Positions 36,267-38,551 of a stretch of 38,551 nt of DNA are shown here, piece after piece. Source of the DNA: a virus (lineage: Duplodnaviria; Caudoviricetes); IMG/VR virus record IMGVR_UViG_3300030397_000289, positions 1 through 38,551 of that record; one strand, written 5' to 3'. The notes beneath the pieces are model-generated. The model had not been told where the DNA came from and searched no databases. It saw nothing but the letters and a program-made list of their open reading frames with translations. Position 1 is the first letter of the stretch. Each line of letters opens with the position of its first letter. The position numbers and the translations under genes are program-made.

Positions 36267-36567
36267 GCACGAAATAATAGCAATGCTTTTCGGAGTTATT
36301 GTGGGGTCTATTATCAACTGGTCCCAGGAGCGTAATAAGAACAAACGACTTAAATTCAAAAAGTGGGCTTACGATTATTACGACGACGCCATTAAGGCCG
36401 CCGCTATCGGTCTGGCTGTAATTGTCTTTGACGATGAAATAATAGCTTGGACAGGTAGCGCATTCATAGAAAACATGGGGGACTTGCTTTACTTTTTTGC
36501 TGGGCTGGGGCGCGAAGGTTTTCTTTACATCAAAGACCGTTTTCTTTCTTTCAATTCAAAAAAATAG
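36253..36567 (+). CDS. Membrane protein (possible second holin)
   Basis: Three hydrophobic segments; last gene of late operon. Confidence 0.6.
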   Translation: MQIFEHEIIAMLFGVIVGSIINWSQERNKNKRLKFKKWAYDYYDDAIKAAAIGLAVIVFDDEIIAWTGSAFIENMGDLLYFFAGLGREGFLYIKDRFLSFNSKK

Positions 36568-36581
36568 GGTAGCTTTACCCT

Positions 36582-36675
36582 TGAAACACTTCTATTACGT
36601 GACCGGTCCTGGTCACAGTCTTTAGAAATTGTTTTTGTTCGACCCCGGTTATGATCTCGTTTCCGGGGTTTTTTG
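36582..36675 (+). ncRNA. Predicted sRNA antisense to the GAACAAAAACAATT leaders
   Basis: TAGCTTTA -7 box (36570-77); hairpin GTGACC/GGTCAC (36599-616); GAAATTGTTTTTGTTCG (36625-41); terminator hairpin 36641-75. Confidence 0.55.
36641..36675 (+). terminator. Intrinsic terminator at end of late region
   Basis: ACCCCGG...CCGGGGT followed by T-tract. Confidence 0.8.
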
Positions 36676-36708
36676 TTTCACGTGGAACGTAAATAAATAC
36701 ACCGAGTA

Positions 36709-36758
36709 TTTGGAATATTTCTGATAGTTTCGTAACTATGTAGTGAACAAAAACAATT
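36709..36758 (+). promoter_or_regulatory. Early promoter plus GAACAAAAACAATT leader
   Basis: TTTG(36709-12)-N20-TAACTATG(36733-40); motif 36745-58; ATG 36766. Confidence 0.68.
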
Positions 36759-36765
36759 TCAAGCA

Positions 36766-37023
36766 ATGAGTACCATCACAAATAGCATTACTTGGCATGA
36801 GGTTACAGTTATTGACGTTGAGGAGATCCTGCCCGACGTTGTAGGTAAAGTCGATTTTGAGCTTATCACCCCAAACCCATGGGAGGGCAGCAAGCCGGAA
36901 ATAGTGGTAACCCACGTAGACGATAACCTGAAAGTATACGGCGACTGGGCCGACCAGATTACCGAGCAAATACTGGAAGAGTACCCCGAAGGCGAAATGT
37001 CCCCGTTTGTACGCCTTACTTAA
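36766..37023 (+). CDS. Acidic hypothetical early protein
   Basis: First gene after the early promoter; strongly D/E-rich. Confidence 0.7.
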   Translation: MSTITNSITWHEVTVIDVEEILPDVVGKVDFELITPNPWEGSKPEIVVTHVDDNLKVYGDWADQITEQILEEYPEGEMSPFVRLT

Positions 37024-37097
37024 AGCCTCCTGCGCTAACGGGGTGCTATATGTATCAACACATCACATCAAACTTTGATCGCTTAAAACGAAAATAA

Positions 37098-37274
37098 ATG
37101 AACTTACAAGGAAATTTACGGGTGGCTATATTTACAGCACCAGGTGCCAATGGCGCACAAGAAAAGGTTAACGACTGGCTGAGAAACAATCATGTTAGTA
37201 TTGGTTCGATTCAGATCTCAAGCACTGAGGCGGTAACAGAGGTTTTAATTACATACCAAAAGAAAAGCTCATGA
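37098..37274 (+). CDS. Small hypothetical protein (58 aa, not in ORF track)
   Basis: MNLQGNLRVAIF...EKVNDWLRNN...VLITY; ATGA-coupled to next gene. Confidence 0.6.
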   Translation: MNLQGNLRVAIFTAPGANGAQEKVNDWLRNNHVSIGSIQISSTEAVTEVLITYQKKSS

Positions 37275-37441
37275 CTCAAGAACAAAAGACACTAGCAGAA
37301 CTTAAGAAGCTTCACAAGGAACTGCGCGAGAAAAGCATGGGGGGCGACCTTCAGGCCACTATCAAAATAATCAGCGTGGACGACTGCATAAAGGTGCTTC
37401 AAGCTGGCAAAAGCGGTAAGAAACTAATTGTAAAACTTTAG
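37271..37441 (+). CDS. Small hypothetical protein (56 aa, not in ORF track)
   Basis: MTQEQKTLAELKKLHKELREK... Confidence 0.6.
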   Translation: MTQEQKTLAELKKLHKELREKSMGGDLQATIKIISVDDCIKVLQAGKSGKKLIVKL

Positions 37442-37450
37442 CGCAGATAA

Positions 37451-37612
37451 ATGGAAAACGAAAAAATAATAGTAAAGAATGTGCCGCTGCCTGAGAGCGT
37501 GGTAAATCGTATCAACATAGCCGCCGCTGAGGCTGGCCAGGCCAACAAGGTGAAGTACTACCTTGCTGACCTGTTAATTAAGATGCACCCACCAAAAGAG
37601 GAAAAGAAATGA
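37451..37612 (+). CDS. Putative ribbon-helix-helix DNA-binding protein (53 aa, not in ORF track)
   Basis: KNVPLPESVVNRINIAAAEAG...VKYYLADLL strand-helix-helix pattern. Confidence 0.55.
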   Translation: MENEKIIVKNVPLPESVVNRINIAAAEAGQANKVKYYLADLLIKMHPPKEEKK

Positions 37613-38043
37613 AAAACGAAGAGGGCAAGGAGATACAAGTTTACACTAACGGGGAGGAGGTTTTTGTAGATCAGGATGAGTATAAGCGGCTGTTAGAGAA
37701 ATACCTCCAACAGGAAAACGATAGGAAAGACGATACGATTAAAGATTTGCAGGCCGCTTGTGAACAAAAACAGGAAATTATTAATGGGTCAGAGTCTGAA
37801 AGAAAAAGGCTTCAGCGGGAGCTTACGTGGCAAGAATTTACCTACGACTCAAAGCCACAGAAGGAGGGACTATACCTATGTGCTCAAGCAAGTAGGCATA
37901 GCGAAGCGATACATTTCTTTGTGGCGGATTATTATGAGAATAACCAGACAAACATTGGCTGGATTGCGATTTCCGGTAAATCTGTTACGGTGACTCACTT
38001 CATGGAAATACCAGAACTAAAATCAGAAACAAATGATACTTAG
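37609..38043 (+). CDS. Hypothetical protein with C-terminal DUF551-like domain
   Basis: W......P...G.YL....VTHFMEIPE. Confidence 0.65.
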   Translation: MKNEEGKEIQVYTNGEEVFVDQDEYKRLLEKYLQQENDRKDDTIKDLQAACEQKQEIINGSESERKRLQRELTWQEFTYDSKPQKEGLYLCAQASRHSEAIHFFVADYYENNQTNIGWIAISGKSVTVTHFMEIPELKSETNDT

Positions 38044-38200
38044 CCTATTTGCAACCGTGTGTCTATTTTTTATTGTTGTCGATCTGGCCGTCCAAATGAT
38101 TGAAGAGTATAGAAAGGATGGGGCTATTTTGCTTACCAACGTGGTTTACATCCTTGGAACCAGCGCCGCAATGTATATTATCTTAAGGGGGCTGAGTTAA
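38033..38200 (+). CDS. Small 2-TM protein (55 aa, not in ORF track)
   Basis: MILSLFATVCLFFIVVDLAV... Confidence 0.5.
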   Translation: MILSLFATVCLFFIVVDLAVQMIEEYRKDGAILLTNVVYILGTSAAMYIILRGLS

Positions 38201-38217
38201 GTAAAACTATTAACCAA

Positions 38218-38430
38218 ATGGAGGGGATTATGAACATATGGAACTGGCCCAGCGTACTGGCAGCAAGGCTTGACCGGCGGCTGAACAAGTGGGCAAAGAA
38301 GCAGGCCCGCAGGTGGCGACAACTTGGACACCTTGAGCAATTAGGGCTACTTGTCGCTATATTTATCGCCCTGGTGCTTTTTGTATCGTGGCTAATCTTA
38401 AGAATATTGGAAACTAATAATTTACTGTAA
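38218..38430 (+). CDS. Small membrane-anchored protein
   Basis: Basic N-terminus and C-terminal TM. Confidence 0.6.
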   Translation: MEGIMNIWNWPSVLAARLDRRLNKWAKKQARRWRQLGHLEQLGLLVAIFIALVLFVSWLILRILETNNLL

Positions 38431-38551
38431 TGATAGCACGACTAGAGGGGGACACCCTTATAATAGATTCATCAAAAAAGCACGGGATAGCGGGACCGGT
38501 AGAAATGCCGTTGGGTGGAATTTTGGCAGATTATATACGCCACTTAGATAT
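38430..38551 (+). CDS. Hypothetical protein running off the window end
   Basis: TAATG-coupled MIARLEGDTLIIDSS... open to the last base. Confidence 0.5.
   Translation, partial: MIARLEGDTLIIDSSKKHGIAGPVEMPLGGILADYIRHLD

Noticed and set aside
36558-36581. Minus-strand transcript starting at the inverted leader (36640) and ending at the AGGGTA/TACCCT hairpin
   Set aside because: No TTG-N20-TA promoter upstream on the minus strand and no ORF after the motif; the + strand sRNA reading fits better, though the hairpin may terminate antisense transcription
37762-37772. Additional GAACAAAAACA copy
   Set aside because: Mid-CDS (encodes EQKQ), no promoter and no credible downstream start; probably chance
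1-38551. Alternative genetic code or stop-codon reassignment
   Set aside because: Core genes (dnaB, terL, portal, capsid, TMP) are full length in the standard code, and TAA, TAG and TGA all serve as stops

Overview
The window looks like a complete or near-complete ~38.5 kb tailed dsDNA phage genome with an HK97-fold capsid and siphovirus-type tail. All credible genes are on the + strand. The host is probably a Bacteroidota member, inferred from TTTG-N19/20-TAnnTTTG-like promoters, A-rich leaders without Shine-Dalgarno motifs and a DUF4373-like initiator. Gene order: recombination (RecT, YqaJ-like exonuclease), replication (initiator with internal iterons, DNA methyltransferase, DnaB), packaging (TerS-like, TerL), two fibre/spike genes placed between TerL and portal, head, tail, then an amidase endolysin and 3TM holin split by a glycosyltransferase/methyltransferase cluster. 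No integrase or divergent repressor is visible. The most notable observations are non-coding. A 14-nt leader (GAACAAAAACAATT) starts at the predicted +1 of three promoters and recurs right after a tRNA-like element, and a predicted ~95-nt sRNA (36582-36675) carries its exact antisense copy. Two further promoter-terminator sRNA cassettes share motifs, and a C4/CI-like RNA precedes the initiator. Four putative glycosyltransferases, one fused to a small head-gene-type domain, suggest virion or surface glycosylation. All calls come from reading motifs by eye; no database searches or folding programs were run.
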